64,000 bases of DNA from a virus: positions 99,886 to 163,885 of IMG/VR virus record IMGVR_UViG_3300005805_000045; one strand, written 5' to 3'. The position numbers and the translations under genes were made by a program. Under the pieces are notes generated by a model, which saw only the letters and a list, made by a program, of their open reading frames with translations, made no database searches and was not told the origin of the DNA. Positions 1 to 8,208 of the stretch are shown in pieces. Each line of letters opens with the position of its first letter. The first letter of the stretch is position 1.

Positions 1-123
1 CTCTTCCCGCATCTTCTTATACCAAGACAAGCTCTCGATCATGCTGTTGAACGATTGTGGTTTCCGTTCTGCTAGAAACTCGTCCAACGCCTTCTTGAAC
101 TCTTCACTTCCGATGGTCATCAT
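1..123 (-). CDS. hypothetical protein, 5' part only (runs off the window)
   Basis: ATG at 123 just after the upstream stop; frame open to the edge (MMTIGSEEFKKALDEF...). Confidence 0.5.
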   Translation of the reverse strand, partial: MMTIGSEEFKKALDEFLAERKPQSFNSMIESLSWYKKMREE

Positions 124-127
124 TTGT

Positions 128-655
128 TCAGTCCTTTGGCATGAAGGTTATTCTTCGTCTCTTCTTTTCGGGTCTGCGTAGTTGATACTCTGTTTCGCCG
201 TAAGGGTTTCTTGGTGCGCCTAAGTCTCCTTGACCATATCTCGTTGGACCATACTCGTCTTTCTCACCTTTACGCGCGGTGCCAGTGTAGATCGCAGTGC
301 CTTTACCGTCGGGCGTTCTGTGGATGTAGGCGTCTTGGTCATACTTAGTAGACAGTTCGTGTACGTGCTTCAAAAGCTCTTTACCATGTTCATCACTCGT
401 GCCTCGAGCAAAGACGTGCAAAGAGTTTTCGCTGCCTACGCCGCCACCCTCATCCCACTTGCCCTTTGTCTTCCTGAAGCCGAACCCTCGATTCCTGAGT
501 TCACCCTTCAGCTCCTTCATCCTAGCAGCATTCTCCTTGGGTGTCAAGTGCTTCCTTTCAGGTGAGAAGATGGCTGAATGACCCTTGAATGAAGCAACGC
601 GAGACAGGGGATTACCCTCTGTTAAGTATGTCCGTAGTTCTTTGAAAGTTTTCAT
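128..655 (-). CDS. hypothetical protein with capsid-targeting-like leader
   Basis: N-terminus MKTFKELRTYLTE resembles T4 internal-protein leaders. Confidence 0.7.
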   Translation of the reverse strand: MKTFKELRTYLTEGNPLSRVASFKGHSAIFSPERKHLTPKENAARMKELKGELRNRGFGFRKTKGKWDEGGGVGSENSLHVFARGTSDEHGKELLKHVHELSTKYDQDAYIHRTPDGKGTAIYTGTARKGEKDEYGPTRYGQGDLGAPRNPYGETEYQLRRPEKKRRRITFMPKD

Positions 656-662
656 GGTTAAC

Positions 663-1259
663 CTATTTGAGTTCCTGTGTATCGTTTCTTAGTTTATCAA
701 GTCTATTTAACCAACCCTTGTGATACTTACCGTATTTATCTGGGTTACTGGTTGCCAAATGGTCATAATGATCTTTCCTGCCTTGAATCAGCTTGTCATA
801 GTTGTCGCCATGCTCTTTAGCCAATTTTTGAGCGAAGCCTTTGCCTTGATTGATAGCAGCGTCTAGCACGACCGCGCGCGATCTGTGGCTTAGATGGTTG
901 AGTTCACCCATACCCTCGAAGTAGTGCTTGCGATAAATCTCTTTGGCATCATCTTTGGTCAGGTTAGCGATGTCAACGTCTGGGTGAGCATTCTTGCTGA
1001 TGCCATATCTCGTCATGCCGCCAGTGTCGTGTGTTACTTTACCAGCAGGTCCTTCGTACTTGAATGTCCTGTGTGCAAAGCCTTCGAACTCTTTTTCACG
1101 ATCTTCGTGCTTCTTGAGCAGTGCAGCAATGCTATCGGGCTTGCTCATTCTTCTGATCAAGCCACCGATGTGATCTTCTTTGCCTGCAGGAGCAGGATGA
1201 ATGATTGCTGGTGGAGATTGTGCGGCGTCTTCTTCGATGAATTGTCTAAACGTCTTCAT
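663..1259 (-). CDS. GH108-family lysozyme with PG-binding C-terminus and capsid-targeting-like leader
   Basis: EG...DTGGMTRYGIS...DIANLTKDDAKEIY..HY, DAAINQG, C-terminal KGWLNRL; leader MKTFRQFIEE. Confidence 0.85.
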   Translation of the reverse strand: MKTFRQFIEEDAAQSPPAIIHPAPAGKEDHIGGLIRRMSKPDSIAALLKKHEDREKEFEGFAHRTFKYEGPAGKVTHDTGGMTRYGISKNAHPDVDIANLTKDDAKEIYRKHYFEGMGELNHLSHRSRAVVLDAAINQGKGFAQKLAKEHGDNYDKLIQGRKDHYDHLATSNPDKYGKYHKGWLNRLDKLRNDTQELK

Positions 1260-1777
1260 TTGAACTTTCCGTCTAATATGTCCTCGATGGGAATTGGTTT
1301 GTAGTTAGTTCTCTCCACAGAAACATTCACATAGCCATCTTTGTCGATCTTCTTTTCGTGTATGTGACCATGAACGTTCAGCGAGGTTGGATACATGCTG
1401 AAGTCATTGATCGGGTAATGCGTGAACAACAAATCTCTCTTGAACATGCCTTTAGTAGCGAGTGATGCCCTGATGCTACTGAAGTATGGAATGAACCTCG
1501 CAGCATCGTAATCATGATTGCCCATAATGAGCGTTTTGATCCCATTCAATCGTGCGAGCGTGACACCATAAAATTCTGGATGACCAAAGATAACATCACC
1601 GACGTGTATCACGGTGTCCTTTGGTTTGATGATCGAGTTCCAATTCTCAATCATCACTTCGTTCATGTGTGTCACGTCTTTGAAATCAGGCCTCATCAAA
1701 CTTCCATCAATGCACCTGAACGACAGAATATTCGCATGATTGAAGTGCGTATCAGATATAACGAAAACATCACCCAT
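1256..1777 (-). CDS. calcineurin-like metallophosphoesterase
   Basis: SDTHF, GD, GNHD, THYP, HGHIH motifs. Confidence 0.92.
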   Translation of the reverse strand: MGDVFVISDTHFNHANILSFRCIDGSLMRPDFKDVTHMNEVMIENWNSIIKPKDTVIHVGDVIFGHPEFYGVTLARLNGIKTLIMGNHDYDAARFIPYFSSIRASLATKGMFKRDLLFTHYPINDFSMYPTSLNVHGHIHEKKIDKDGYVNVSVERTNYKPIPIEDILDGKFK

Positions 1778-1781
1778 TCAT

Positions 1782-2927
1782 TCACTTCCTTGTTTTGGCC
1801 ATAGCCCGCTGATTATAAGAGTCCTTCATTGCAGCAATGTTATCCTTAGACAACGTTGGGTGATCAGGGAAATGGTGCTGCAATAGCTTGATGATTGGGT
1901 CTTTCTTGCCGTGATCTGTCTCTCTGCCACCAGGAAGATCGTGTCTGGCCGCAACTTGTGACTCCTCGCCATAAAGCAAATGAGTGAAGCGATGGGCAAA
2001 TTCATGCTGCTGTTCGGGAGTGCCGTGTGCCTTCACCGCAGCGATGGTTCCGTGAATCGAGCTGGTGTCTGTGCGCTTGGGGTTGAAGCCCTTGCCGAAG
2101 ATCATCTTGCCGATGTTGTGTGGATGCAGTTCACGTTCAGCACCCTTTGATGGTAGCTCTTCGTGAATTGGCAACTTGCTTACTGGATCAACACGTCCTG
2201 TGTCTCGTGTCTTTGCTCTTGCTCCGGGAGCAACCTTGCCACCGATGCTGAGTGTTACACCAGACTCGCCTTGCTTGAGACCTCTCTTGCCCTGAATCAT
2301 CACTGGCTTTCGCATTGACGATGCAGCGGCTCTTAGTGCGACTTTTGATGCTAGTCCAGGAACAGAAGGATGTGACCCCGAGGGGAACATATCTCCCTTG
2401 GGTGTGTTCTTGTACCACATCGCACCTTGATCAGGCTTGTTGTTCTTGTCGTGCTTCATTGGACTCAAATCAACCTGCGTGACTTGTCCAGTTTTCTTAT
2501 GTTTCCAGAGAGTGAACACACCACCTGGGTCATGTGGATCATCTGATCCTTTGACGTGAACTAGATCATGATGCTCTGTTGATAGCTTACCAACATGATC
2601 TTTGAGTGCATGAAGGTTCTTTAGTGTGTGCTCGTCATCTTTGACAACGTAATCAAGGTCACCAAACTTTTTCTTTCCCACTCTATGAAACTCAGAATCA
2701 GGAATTGAAGTATCATGGAAATGCTCTGCTGATCCTACTGGAGAAACAGGTGTGCCCCCGAGATGTTGTGATAGCACACCCCTGATTGCATTCGCATGAG
2801 GCAGCATTTCTTTTCTTTGGTGGATTCCAGTAGGCGTGGAACTAACAGTGTTACCATGCTCGTCAGAGTATTGAAGATTGCCGCCTTCTTTGAGTAAGGA
2901 ATACTGTCTGAAACTAAGCATGTCCAT
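1782..2927 (-). CDS. Pol-beta-fold nucleotidyltransferase-like protein (paralog 1)
   Basis: VGS...GDLDYVV...QVDL motif; leader MLSFRQYSLLKEGG (start probably 2921). Confidence 0.6.
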   Translation of the reverse strand: MDMLSFRQYSLLKEGGNLQYSDEHGNTVSSTPTGIHQRKEMLPHANAIRGVLSQHLGGTPVSPVGSAEHFHDTSIPDSEFHRVGKKKFGDLDYVVKDDEHTLKNLHALKDHVGKLSTEHHDLVHVKGSDDPHDPGGVFTLWKHKKTGQVTQVDLSPMKHDKNNKPDQGAMWYKNTPKGDMFPSGSHPSVPGLASKVALRAAASSMRKPVMIQGKRGLKQGESGVTLSIGGKVAPGARAKTRDTGRVDPVSKLPIHEELPSKGAERELHPHNIGKMIFGKGFNPKRTDTSSIHGTIAAVKAHGTPEQQHEFAHRFTHLLYGEESQVAARHDLPGGRETDHGKKDPIIKLLQHHFPDHPTLSKDNIAAMKDSYNQRAMAKTRK

Positions 2928-3990
2928 GCAGCCTTTCTAGTTGTGGAATCGTGTCTGTTCTAAGGCCACCGCGCTCTTCGATCTTCTTATTGAATCTGGA
3001 AACGACTTCATGGTAATCTTCTGGGCTGACATGACCTTTCTTGACAGCGTTACTCATGGCTCTATGCATCTCGACCATAGACGAGTCCTCAGATAGCTTT
3101 GAACCTAAACGAGACCCAAGCCACTCATGTTGTCTGGTGCCACCGTGGGCTGCTCTGTCTTCAGCAGATGTTTTGACGAGTCCATTTGGATGATCTTTGA
3201 AACGGGGGAACACACGACCTTTGACGAGTGACAATTTCTTGGCACCGCCTGGTTCTTGGTTCTTTCCTGGCTTTCCTGTCTTCTCAGAAACCTCGAGCTT
3301 GTTTGCAGGATGTGCTCCGCCGAGTACAGAAACTGCGGCCTCTGCAAAGGCGTTTCTATGTGCGCCCTTGATCTTTTGATCCAAGTCTTCTCTGTGTGAA
3401 CTGTTGGCAACGATGTGTGATGGGTCCATTTCTTCACCCTTGGGACCTTTGGGTGTATGCAATAGATCGATCTGCACAGGTGTCGTGTGACCTTCAGGAT
3501 GATGGAAATGGAATAGAGCACTGGTAATACCAGAGCCATGTCGTGTCATGCTTTGTAGCGACATGTGACCAAATCGATTGTCCTTACCATCATTCTTGAA
3601 CATGCCATGCAAATGGTTCTGAGACTCTTCGGTTGCGTGAGTATCAATATCGTTGAAATCTTGCTTACCCCATCTGGCCAAATCTTTTGGGGTAGTCTTC
3701 TTGTCCATGATGGGACCAGTCGAGCCGCCATACTTGATGCCCTTTGAACCAAAGATATTGTGCCCAGCTCTCTCATGAAATCTCTTGCCGAACTCTTCCA
3801 GAGAACTATGAATTGCCTCTCTGTGGTCAGTGCTGATTGGCTCGCTTGCAACGTGACCTTCTCTGGCATCAGTCTTTGGCACAGGCAGAACTGGAATCGC
3901 TTTGCCCTTGGGTGTGGGAAGAAACATGTTCGTCCCGCCACCCTCTAGGAGAAAGTAGTTCTCGATTACAAACTGTTTGAAGGTTTTCAT
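2914..3990 (-). CDS. Pol-beta-fold nucleotidyltransferase-like protein (paralog 2)
   Basis: GGS...NDIDTH...QIDL motif; leader MKTFKQFVIENYFLLEGG. Confidence 0.6.
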   Translation of the reverse strand: MKTFKQFVIENYFLLEGGGTNMFLPTPKGKAIPVLPVPKTDAREGHVASEPISTDHREAIHSSLEEFGKRFHERAGHNIFGSKGIKYGGSTGPIMDKKTTPKDLARWGKQDFNDIDTHATEESQNHLHGMFKNDGKDNRFGHMSLQSMTRHGSGITSALFHFHHPEGHTTPVQIDLLHTPKGPKGEEMDPSHIVANSSHREDLDQKIKGAHRNAFAEAAVSVLGGAHPANKLEVSEKTGKPGKNQEPGGAKKLSLVKGRVFPRFKDHPNGLVKTSAEDRAAHGGTRQHEWLGSRLGSKLSEDSSMVEMHRAMSNAVKKGHVSPEDYHEVVSRFNKKIEERGGLRTDTIPQLERLHGHA

Positions 3991-4694
3991 AGTCCCATTT
4001 CCGTTCGTTTGATGATGTAGTCTCGCACGAGACCTGACCGAACAATGTCCTGCTTCTCAAACTCGATGTAAGCGAACTTGTTCATACGTTTTGTGATATT
4101 TATAAAACTCATAAGGCCACTTTTGTCAGTCTCCTTCACTAGGTCAGTTTGTCGGAAGTCACCACAGAACATGATCTTGGAATAGTCGCCCATACGGGTC
4201 ATGACTGTATCGAGTTCTGGGAACGTCATGTTCTGGAGTTCATCGACGATCACGACAGCATTGTTGAACGTGATACCACGAAGAAACGATGTGGTTGTGA
4301 AGTGAATGATGCCGCGCATTTTCAAAATGTCATAACCATCACCTCGACCAAAGAGTTCATCACAAATTTCCTTGTAGGGTTCTTCGTATACGCGAATCTT
4401 CTCTTTCACACTACCAGGAAGGAAACCAATGTCACGAGAAGGAACAACAGAGCGAACGATGATGACTTTATCATAGTTGCTTGATGATGACAGCACTTCA
4501 TTTAACGCAAGATACAAAGAAATGTAAGATTTACCAGTACCAGCATAACCATGAAGCATCAAATTAGAACCACGATTGTAGGCTTCGAAAGTCAGCTGTT
4601 GATTTGGTGTGAGTGGAGAAACTGTTCTGAGTTCGAAATGATTACGTTGCGCAGTCTGTTGATCTTGTTGCTTCTTGACTTTACGTTTTGACAT
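3987..4694 (-). CDS. phoH: PhoH-like ATPase
   Basis: GYAGTGKS, RDIGFLPG, RGITF, DELQN, GDFRQTD, DIVRSGLV; start moved to 4694 (AAAGGAGA RBS; a terminator lies upstream). Confidence 0.95.
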   Translation of the reverse strand: MSKRKVKKQQDQQTAQRNHFELRTVSPLTPNQQLTFEAYNRGSNLMLHGYAGTGKSYISLYLALNEVLSSSSNYDKVIIVRSVVPSRDIGFLPGSVKEKIRVYEEPYKEICDELFGRGDGYDILKMRGIIHFTTTSFLRGITFNNAVVIVDELQNMTFPELDTVMTRMGDYSKIMFCGDFRQTDLVKETDKSGLMSFINITKRMNKFAYIEFEKQDIVRSGLVRDYIIKRTEMGL

Positions 4695-4711
4695 AGTTTC
4701 TCCTTTATGCG

Positions 4712-4743
4712 AAAAAGGGACCTTCCTTAGAGAAAGGCCCCTT
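4712..4743 (-). terminator. intrinsic terminator between the FmdB-like gene and phoH
   Basis: minus strand GGGGCCTTTC-TCTAA-GGAAGGTCCC followed by TTTTT. Confidence 0.7.
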
Positions 4744-4785
4744 GCAATTTTCTTAAATTTAGGAATTGTCTTCTTACTCAACTGA

Positions 4786-5049
4786 TCAAACTTCCTTGGC
4801 TACGTCCCACCGTCGATTGCCAATCTCAGTATGCGGATTGGCTGCTTTGACTTTGCCTAGAACATACTTTGAAAAGTCTGAGGGTGGTTTTGATACGCCG
4901 ATACCAGCAGGATCGACAACATTGAGTTTATTGTAGATTCGTTCGTGTTTAGGATTGTCTTTTTCGTATTGTTCCATTTCAGAGATGGACATAGAGAGAT
5001 CAAATACTTCACCAGTATCAGTGTTTTGATATGTGTAATTAGGCATCAT
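4786..5049 (-). CDS. FmdB-like small protein typical upstream of phoH in T4-like phages
   Basis: MPNYTY..T.TGEVF...MS.SE pattern and synteny. Confidence 0.65.
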   Translation of the reverse strand: MMPNYTYQNTDTGEVFDLSMSISEMEQYEKDNPKHERIYNKLNVVDPAGIGVSKPPSDFSKYVLGKVKAANPHTEIGNRRWDVAKEV

Positions 5050-5065
5050 AACTCCTTGTATATCA

Positions 5066-5073
5066 TATTTATA
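5066..5073 (-). promoter_or_regulatory. T4-type late promoter
   Basis: exact TATAAATA just upstream of an AGGAG RBS. Confidence 0.75.
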
Positions 5074-5614
5074 TAACCTCGAGATTCATCCAGTCTGGTA
5101 CACCTCGTTTTGTCCAAGTATGTAGATGAGTTTTACCTTGCTTGTAATAGTTGCGATAGTTGGTAATCGAGTCGGCTGAGATGATGTACTTAGCGTCCAT
5201 TGCAGGGGTAACTGGTGTGAAGTAGCCAACTGGAATATTGTATGGTGGAATTTTTAGATACGACAACAGAAACGAACACTTGTGTGATTTGCCATACCGA
5301 TAATTGTATTCATTCAACAGGCCACGAAGGTGTTCATACAGCCAGGTATAGTTGTTATTGCTTCTACGGCACCACACGGCACTCGGATGATTGATATGTG
5401 TTGCTGAATAGATGTTCGTTTCACGATCATCATCGAGTTTCCATCGTTTGACTTTGCGACCAGTTTTTGATTGTCCAATATACTCTTGACCATCGAGAAG
5501 CCGATGTGCTGTTGACAGCAACTGACACGTCTCGAGGATCATTTTGACCACATGCTTGTCAACCATCATCTGGGCTGCAATGTATGGATCTTTGTCGAGA
5601 TAGAAGATGTTCAT
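5069..5614 (-). CDS. pyrimidine-dimer DNA glycosylase (DenV)-like family protein
   Basis: MNIFYLD...DKHVVKMILE..QLL, THINHPSAVW, YRNYY. Confidence 0.7.
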   Translation of the reverse strand: MNIFYLDKDPYIAAQMMVDKHVVKMILETCQLLSTAHRLLDGQEYIGQSKTGRKVKRWKLDDDRETNIYSATHINHPSAVWCRRSNNNYTWLYEHLRGLLNEYNYRYGKSHKCSFLLSYLKIPPYNIPVGYFTPVTPAMDAKYIISADSITNYRNYYKQGKTHLHTWTKRGVPDWMNLEVI

Positions 5615-5787
5615 TGCTTCACCTCATAAGTCGGACAGTGCTTGCCGTCTTCGATATACACGGGCGTCCGAACACGATTAGCATGTCGCAAAGACCAAGG
5701 CAACGTCAATAGACGCCAACTGCATTCGCCGATATCGTCAACTTCAGGATCACGAGTAAAGAAACGACAGGAACCACACTTTTTCAT
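5611..5787 (-). CDS. small Cys-containing hypothetical protein (58 aa, below the track cut-off)
   Basis: MKKCGSCRFF...; ATGA overlaps with both neighbours. Confidence 0.6.
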   Translation of the reverse strand: MKKCGSCRFFTRDPEVDDIGECSWRLLTLPWSLRHANRVRTPVYIEDGKHCPTYEVKQ

Positions 5788-5921
5788 TCGTCTTTTCCTT
5801 TGTGTTTGATCTTGCGGGTATAGACTGTACGCATCCGCACAATCTTATTCTTGAACGGAGTATCCTTCACAAAAAGGATTTGGGCACTTCGGGGTTTTCG
5901 TTGTGTCTTTACTTTCGGCAT
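5784..5921 (-). CDS. small basic protein, ArfA-like C-terminal motif
   Basis: GGAG RBS; ...DTPFKNKIVRMRTVYTRKIKHK resembles ArfA DPLFRQRV...YMRKGKH. Confidence 0.55.
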   Translation of the reverse strand: MPKVKTQRKPRSAQILFVKDTPFKNKIVRMRTVYTRKIKHKGKDE

Positions 5922-6177
5922 CGTCTTTCTCCAGATGGGTTTTGATTTCATCCATAAGACCAGAGAGTTTACCTTTTCCAATATCTTCTTCATACCAATC
6001 AACAACCTCTCTCAATAATTGTTTTTCTTTTCTTGTTTTTAGAGTATACATGATATGCTGCCTTTTGTCATCAGATAAATTAGACCAATCTTGAATTTCT
6101 TCTAAAGTACGAAAGCACCCGATGCAATAATTCGCATCGAGTGCAATCTTACAGACTTTTATGCAGGGACTAATCAA
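5845..6177 (-). CDS. DUF1289 (YdhL-like Fe-S/Cys) domain protein
   Basis: SPCIKVC...CIGCFRTLEEIQDW. Confidence 0.8.
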   Translation of the reverse strand: MISPCIKVCKIALDANYCIGCFRTLEEIQDWSNLSDDKRQHIMYTLKTRKEKQLLREVVDWYEEDIGKGKLSGLMDEIKTHLEKDDAESKDTTKTPKCPNPFCEGYSVQE

Positions 6178-6674
6178 ACTCCCAATTCCCTTCGATCTAA
6201 AGAGGTGCTGTCCCAGTCGGCATCAACACCATACGAACTAACAGGTTCACTAACAACAGTTTTCACATTCTTGTCCTTCTCACGGAGAGCCATGATAGCA
6301 GCGGTGGCCTTCTTGATCTCTTCCTTGGTCATGACAGGCTTAGCAGCAGGCTTTTCCTTAGCAGGCTTTGCTGCCTTCTTCGGCTCAGGCTTCGCTGCCT
6401 TGACGACAGGCTTGCCAGTCAGCATAGAGCCAGCACGTCGATCAGCGGCCTTGATGGAAGTGTCAATGTTCTTGTTGATGCCAACATATGTATACGAGAC
6501 GACAGTCCGACCCTGCTTGGTGGTAGTGATATCATGACCAGCCAACTTGAGGTACAGGACATATTTAGAAGCATAGTTGCCCTTACCAACATGCTTGTTG
6601 ATCTGGTCGGGCGTGACAGTACCCTTAGACTTGAAAAGAGAAAGGGCGAGATCGAGAGCGGTATTCTTAGCCAT
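6174..6674 (-). CDS. early hypothetical protein, Lys/Ala/Pro-rich, possibly DNA-binding
   Basis: AGGAAG RBS; KPAA-type repeats. Confidence 0.7.
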   Translation of the reverse strand: MAKNTALDLALSLFKSKGTVTPDQINKHVGKGNYASKYVLYLKLAGHDITTTKQGRTVVSYTYVGINKNIDTSIKAADRRAGSMLTGKPVVKAAKPEPKKAAKPAKEKPAAKPVMTKEEIKKATAAIMALREKDKNVKTVVSEPVSSYGVDADWDSTSLDRRELGV

Positions 6675-6721
6675 GTGATTTACTTCCTGTGTTTGTGTTA
6701 GAACGAACGTGATAGGGATTA

Positions 6722-7048
6722 TTAGTCCCACCAGAACCGAACGATGTTGTTGGACGACATGGACAATTCATCGGGACGCCAGCGTTCGACCATCGGACCA
6801 ACGAGACGCATCAATCCGTAGGCACTCAGATCATTTACCTTGAACCGAAATACTGCATCCCAATTGTCGGTTGTCAGATTGGAAACGTCAATCGAGATCG
6901 AACCGTCCTTCACAGCCTTCAGAACGAGGGTAAGCAGGTCACGGTGATCGTTGAACATCCAGAAACCCAAAAGAATTTCCTCGAGGACGTTCTTCTGGGT
7001 TGCAGGAACGTCGAGCACCATGTTGGTGTTGTTGATAAACTGGGTCAT
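6722..7048 (-). CDS. early hypothetical protein
   Basis: RBS and ORF; C-terminal RFWWD typical of small phage proteins. Confidence 0.7.
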   Translation of the reverse strand: MTQFINNTNMVLDVPATQKNVLEEILLGFWMFNDHRDLLTLVLKAVKDGSISIDVSNLTTDNWDAVFRFKVNDLSAYGLMRLVGPMVERWRPDELSMSSNNIVRFWWD

Positions 7049-7049
7049 G

Positions 7050-7469
7050 TTACTTCCCCTTTTTGGTGAGTTCATACGGCTTGTTCCAGCGACCGATGTT
7101 CACGTCAACGTACCAACCCACGTCGAAGTAATCAGTCTGGATGTCCGAGTTATCGTGGTTACCCTTGTTGAGTGCACGGAACAATTCGTCGATGAATTTC
7201 AGGCACTTGCCATCAAAGTGCTTATCGTAGTGGTACGGGTTCACGTCGAGATGACCTTCAGCCGCAGTCCATGCAACACCACGCATCGCAACATTAGCAC
7301 CGCAAACCTTGTTGCAGTTGCCGATAAAGTCAAGGCTGCCAGACTTGATATTACAAACGATGGTCAAGTGGTTGCGAACACCGAAAGTGGCCTTGACGCC
7401 GTATTTCTTCAGGACCTTCTTGGCATCGGCGACGAGGGCAGCCTTGCGGTCTTGGGACATATAAGCCAT
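7050..7469 (-). CDS. conserved early phage hypothetical protein
   Basis: MAYMSQ...NHDNSDIQTDYFDVGWY; AGGA RBS; promoter upstream. Confidence 0.75.
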   Translation of the reverse strand: MAYMSQDRKAALVADAKKVLKKYGVKATFGVRNHLTIVCNIKSGSLDFIGNCNKVCGANVAMRGVAWTAAEGHLDVNPYHYDKHFDGKCLKFIDELFRALNKGNHDNSDIQTDYFDVGWYVDVNIGRWNKPYELTKKGK

Positions 7470-7510
7470 GGTGTGGATTTCCTGTGGTGGTTGTCGGTTC
7501 AACTATGACC

Positions 7511-7575
7511 ATTATACTGGCCTGTGGAATGGATGCAACACATATCTTTGCATGGATGGTATGCATTTATGCATG
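7511..7575 (-). promoter_or_regulatory. early promoter with GCAT-N7-ATGC operator, copy 1
   Basis: TTGCAT-16-TATAAT; palindrome at 7550-7564. Confidence 0.7.
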
Positions 7576-7635
7576 ACTGATGGGATCGATGGAATATGCG
7601 TTGGAGCTGGCCGTTTGCGTGGAGGCCGGGTTGGT

Positions 7636-7690
7636 GGCTAAGTCATTGAAATCATTAGACATGAAGTCTAGCAAAATCAATGACTTAGCC
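7636..7690. repeat. 14-bp inverted repeat containing IHF-consensus sites
   Basis: GGCTAAGTCATTGA (7636-7649) and TCAATGACTTAGCC (7677-7690). Confidence 0.75.
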
Positions 7691-7696
7691 TTGCCG

Positions 7697-7891
7697 TTAG
7701 TGTATTGTATTGATTAGAGAAAATTCTGAGTTGCCCCAGACCTTTAGGCAATAGTTCTCGGCATAGTACTCTGCGACCTCTGGCTCCACGAACACCATAT
7801 GGTGTACCATCAACTTGTTCTCATAGACTTTGAGATCATACGCACACACACCATTCGATCGGGTATTCTTCTCTATGATGATCGATTTCAT
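7697..7891 (-). CDS. early hypothetical protein
   Basis: AAAGGTGA RBS; ATGA overlap. Confidence 0.6.
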   Translation of the reverse strand: MKSIIIEKNTRSNGVCAYDLKVYENKLMVHHMVFVEPEVAEYYAENYCLKVWGNSEFSLINTIH

Positions 7892-8208
7892 TTGCTCACC
7901 TTTCCTTTGAGGTAAGACGCAACACAATAGGACGAGACGCTGGCTTTGATGTGGACCCGTTCGTCGCTGGGGCACTTGAAGGCACACAGCATGAAACCTC
8001 GAGTAGCCACATAACCGAGATCGGTGTCCAATCGGGCTTCACGAGCCGTGGAGATCATTTGCTCGACCAGTTCGTTTGTCGTGAAATGCTCGGCATGAGG
8101 ATTGAGAACACGAACCACGTCGGCTGTTTCACGCAGGTTTTCTAGATCGAACACCATGTCGCTGATGACCACTTCGGTTGCTTCATCCAAAATCATATTC
8201 ATCTCCAT
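7888..8208 (-). CDS. early hypothetical protein
   Basis: TAATG coupling with the upstream gene. Confidence 0.65.
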   Translation of the reverse strand: MEMNMILDEATEVVISDMVFDLENLRETADVVRVLNPHAEHFTTNELVEQMISTAREARLDTDLGYVATRGFMLCAFKCPSDERVHIKASVSSYCVASYLKGKVSK

